From a virus: DNA of 64,000 nucleotides. The stretch lies in IMG/VR virus record IMGVR_UViG_3300045988_170068; one strand, written 5' to 3'. The notes under the pieces are model-generated. The model was given only the letters and a program-made list of their open reading frames with translations, was not told the DNA's origin and did no database searches. Of this stretch, positions 60,863-64,000 are shown one piece after another. Both the position numbers and the translations under genes were made by a program. Position 1 is the stretch's first letter, and every line of letters begins with the position of its first letter.

Positions 60863-61564
60863 ATGGCATTCAAGACAGTCGAAAGCTACAATGAGGCTCG
60901 CTTTGGTGGGTTCTTCCTTCTTCGAAATGATGGTGACTTCGCAGATGTCGTTTTCATGTATCGAAATAAGGATGATGTCCTTGTAGCTGACACACATTAT
61001 GTGAAAGGTTCGGATTATTCCGGTTATGTTCACTGCTGCGGAAGAGGGTGTCCTGCTTGTTCTAAGGGTATCCGTGTGCAGACAAAGCTCTTCATTCCTG
61101 TTTACAACATCAATGAGAAGAAGATTCAGTTCTGGGATAGGACAATGCGTTTTGAGCCTCAGCTCATGAACGATGTATTCAAGAATTTCCCCGATCCTTC
61201 TAATTATGTATTCCGGATCACTCGTCACGGTCAGGCAGGTAGTGTCGATACTACCTATGAAATTCAGGCCATCGGTAGAAACAACATTATGAGCTACAGT
61301 GATATTCTTGCAGCAAATAACGCTTCTTCTCCTGATTATTATAGTGAAGTTTGCCGCGAGTATACTGCTGCCGATCTAAGCGAACTGTTAAACCAGCATG
61401 CAGACAGTAACAGCAATGTTTCTCCTAGCAGCTTGCCTAGCTATCAGGTGAAGCCTCGTTCGACATCTAATGCTCCTGAGTATGTTCCACCTGCAGTAGA
61501 ACTTCCCGATGAAAATGAACCCGTTGGTACACCTGAAGAGCTTGATGATGACGTAGTATTCTAA
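60863..61564 (+). CDS. putative ssDNA-binding protein with zinc finger and acidic C-terminal tail
   Basis: HCCGRGCPACSKG. C-terminus ..PEELDDDVVF (acidic with terminal Phe, as in SSB and gp2.5 tails). Replication-module context. Confidence 0.4.
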   Translation: MAFKTVESYNEARFGGFFLLRNDGDFADVVFMYRNKDDVLVADTHYVKGSDYSGYVHCCGRGCPACSKGIRVQTKLFIPVYNINEKKIQFWDRTMRFEPQLMNDVFKNFPDPSNYVFRITRHGQAGSVDTTYEIQAIGRNNIMSYSDILAANNASSPDYYSEVCREYTAADLSELLNQHADSNSNVSPSSLPSYQVKPRSTSNAPEYVPPAVELPDENEPVGTPEELDDDVVF

Positions 61565-61578
61565 TAGCAAATTCAAGA

Positions 61579-61615
61579 CCCTACGTGACATCAAAATCAC
61601 GTAGGGCTTATTTTA
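61579..61615 (+). terminator. rho-independent terminator
   Basis: 10-bp stem CCCTACGTGA/TCACGTAGGG followed by CTTATTTT. Confidence 0.75.
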
Positions 61616-61629
61616 TAGGAGGTACAAAT

Positions 61630-62988
61630 TTGAGTTTATTCAATTCGTCTCAAATGGCTAGAATCAATGAAGTAGCCGAACGGACAAAGCAGCTCAATAA
61701 AGAGAAGCCGAAAGCTGTGAGAGTTTCTACAGTTAATGCTGAATTAAATGAGATGTCAAAGGCTGTTCAGGAATACTTCAAAGATTCTAAAGCTATTCTG
61801 ATTAGGACAAAGGATCAACTTCACGATTATGTAACAAGCTGTATTGAAGCCGGTTATGCTGGAATAGATACAGAAACAACAGGACTTGATAGACAAAACG
61901 ACTGGATTGTTGGTGCTTCTCTTTACTATCCAGGCGGAGTAGAGTGTTACATTCCTATGAAGCATCTTGTTCCAATATTTGAAAGTCCTTACAAAGGGCA
62001 GCTAAGTTACGAAGAAGTTTCTGAAGAGTTTAAGCGGATGGAGAACAGCAGCATTCGCCTCATCTTCGCAAATGCAGACTACGACTTGGCCATGATATAC
62101 AAGGATCTAAAAGTTGATTTCTGCGATAGGTTCTACTATGATGTAATCCTTGCATGGAGATGCTTGAAAGAAAACGAACTTCATAACGACTTGAAATTCC
62201 TTTATAACAAGTATGTGCTCAAAGGTAAAGGAGATCCAAAGCGATTTAGCGATTTCTTCTCTGTAAAGTTGTTTCCATTCTCTGATCCAGAGATTGCAAA
62301 GTTGTATGCTGCAAATGACGCAAAGATTACATACGACTTGTTCAAGTGGCAGCTTCCTTATGTTACTGAATCTCATCCTAAATGCAAGAAGGCTCATCTT
62401 GAAGCTATCTCTCGTCTTATATGGGATCTTGAGATGCCTATGGTTAAGGTCTGCCAGAACATGCATCGTACGGGCATGTATATTGACAAGAATGTTGCAA
62501 ATGCTCTAAAGAAGAGATATAGGGAAGATTACAACAAGGAGATGAAGAAACTTCAAGACATGGTACAGGAAATAATTGATAATTCTACTGTATCATATTC
62601 AGGTAAGCGTCCGTTCACCAGGGGATCAGATTTCAACCCAGGTTCACCTCCTCAGGTGAAGTATCTTGTTTATGATCTTCTTCAAGTTCCAAAAGGTAAT
62701 TCTTCTGGTACAGGTAAAGAAGTATTGAACGAAATTAACCTTCCTGTTACAAATCAAATTTTGAAGGTTAGAAGCCTTTCAGTTCTTATCAATACATTCG
62801 TAGATAAGCTTCCTAATTCTGTTGCAAGAGACGGAAGAATTCATGGTCAGTTCAAGCAAATTGGAGCTGATACAGGGCGAATGTCTTCTGCAGAACCTAA
62901 TCTTCAAAATATTCCTTCTCATGCTGTTGATATTCGTCATATGTTTAGAGCTACTCCTGGTTATGTTATGTTAGGAAGCGACTTTAGT
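61630..62988 (+). CDS. polA: family A DNA polymerase, exon 1 (3'-5' exonuclease plus N-terminal part of the polymerase domain)
   Basis: TTG 61630 lies 7 nt after AGGAGG. Exo motifs GIDTETTGLD and YAANDAKITYDLF. ADTGRMSSAEPNLQNIP. The reading frame breaks inside motif A after GSDFS, where (Q)xE.. is expected. Confidence 0.85.
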
Positions 62989-64000
62989 TTACAACTTGTT
63001 GGCTAAAGTAAAACCTTGTTAAGTCGATGAATACTTGATTGATAATTCTATAACCTAAATAAGAGAATTGGTTCGACGATCAAGTTAATATCGAGCAAAA
63101 TAGAACCTTTTATCTTGTTGAGTATATTCTCTTAAAATTGGAGGTATTCAACATGATAATATACAAAATATACAATGATGTTAATTCCAAACTTTACATC
63201 GGTCAAACAACAAAATCGCTTGAAGAAAGAATAAATGGGCACCACGCTTCTATGATAGGAGGGCAAGATACTCATCTTTATCGAGCAATGCGAAAATATG
63301 GTTGGGACAAATTTCATTTTGAGATAATATCTAGAGCTAATAGTCAAGATGAATTAAATTATCTTGAAGAGCATTATATTCGTGAATTAGATACAATAAG
63401 AAATGGATATAACATGGCTACTGGAGGATCAAAAAATGTTATGTACTCACCTATAGTAGCAGCTAAACACGATGCTAAGATGAGAACAGATTCTGTAAGA
63501 AAGAAAATTTCAGAATCAATGAAAAAGTCTTATGCTTCACGCGGAGGTCCTTCAGAAGAACACAGGAAGCACCTTTCACAAGCCAAGAAGGAATATTATC
63601 AAACTCCTGAAAGCGAATTGACACGAGAAAAGTTCAGAAAGTCATTTAAGTTATCTCCTGAACATTACAAGGCATTGAATGACTCGAAAAACAAAAGTGT
63701 ATATTGTATAAATGAATCTAATGAAGTAGTTGCAAAATTTGATAGGGTCAAAGATGCAGCTATTTGGTGGATGTCTACTGGATACAAAGTTAAACACTAT
63801 GATCAGCTTTGCGACAAAATAAAAGAGTCCAGCAAACAAAATAGATTCATAAAGGGGCTAAAATGGTTCTATTGTGTGTAGAGACTATCGAAAGCTAGAA
63901 ATTGACATTCAGAGAAATCTGTAAATGATTTTAGGTAAATCAGGTCAGTTGAGATAACCAAGTGAGTAGAGTACAGCTCAAGTGAGTTAGCATCTGCATG
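62989..64000 (+). mobile_element. group I intron in polA motif A (3' end beyond the window)
   Basis: The exon ends in U (..CTTTAGT). The intron GCTAAAG at 63003-63009 can form P1 with CTTTAGT, giving a U-G pair at the splice site. Carries a GIY-YIG ORF. An AGAGACTA R-like element lies after the ORF. Confidence 0.7.
63153..63881 (+). CDS. GIY-YIG homing endonuclease (intron-encoded)
   Basis: IYKIYNDVNSKLYIGQT..R...H, YRAMRKYG and NGYNMATGG. ATG 63153 lies 8 nt after GGAGG. Confidence 0.85.
   Translation: MIIYKIYNDVNSKLYIGQTTKSLEERINGHHASMIGGQDTHLYRAMRKYGWDKFHFEIISRANSQDELNYLEEHYIRELDTIRNGYNMATGGSKNVMYSPIVAAKHDAKMRTDSVRKKISESMKKSYASRGGPSEEHRKHLSQAKKEYYQTPESELTREKFRKSFKLSPEHYKALNDSKNKSVYCINESNEVVAKFDRVKDAAIWWMSTGYKVKHYDQLCDKIKESSKQNRFIKGLKWFYCV

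Noticed and set aside
1-64000. Stop-codon reassignment or a suppressor tRNA (prompted by the TAA-like loop at 12236).
   Set aside because: TAA, TAG and TGA all terminate well-supported genes at expected lengths in this window.
1-64000. DpdA/TGT-family transglycosylase expected with the que cluster.
   Set aside because: I read all ORFs of 200 aa or more and none shows TGT-like motifs. It is probably encoded outside the window.

Overview
AT-rich segment (GC roughly mid-30s % by eye), coded almost entirely on the plus strand. It looks like part of a large tailed dsDNA phage of a low-GC Gram-positive-type host: strong GGAGG Shine-Dalgarno sites and standard stop codons. Module order: (1) 0-9.7 kb early/accessory genes: very acidic proteins, a methyltransferase-like protein, an intein-containing UvrD-like helicase, an SbcC/Rad50-like ATPase and an S1-domain protein. 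(2) SHMT (glyA). (3) 10.9-20.5 kb tRNA island with 16 well-formed tRNAs plus aberrant or fragmentary ones. It also holds an HNH cassette that split a tRNA-Val gene, three solitary type I-C-like CRISPR repeat hairpins, and about 4 kb of ORF-free hairpin-rich spacer, including one ~1 kb block. (4) NAD-dependent ligase and ThyX. (5) 23.7-38.9 kb tail-fibre / receptor-binding module with many paralogous N-termini and a mirror-image two-gene cassette. (6) 39.4-44.9 kb 7-deazaguanine (preQ0/preQ1) pathway: YhhQ-like transporter, SDR, QueF, an HNH endonuclease, QueC, QueD, QueE, then a FolE fragment plus full FolE. Two homologous riboswitch-like pseudoknots sit in this cluster. (7) RNase HI, a CDA-fold deaminase, small genes and a PemK-like protein. 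(8) A minus-strand sigma-like gene, a ~1 kb AT-rich iteron region and a strong promoter with a long leader. (9) Replication module: DnaB-like helicase, DnaG-like primase, SpoIIID-like regulator, second sigma-like protein, SSB-like protein and a family-A DNA polymerase. The polymerase is interrupted in motif A by a group I intron carrying a GIY-YIG endonuclease, and the intron runs off the window. I recognised no capsid, portal, terminase, lysis, cas or DpdA genes. All calls are by-eye motif recognition and nothing was searched or folded computationally.
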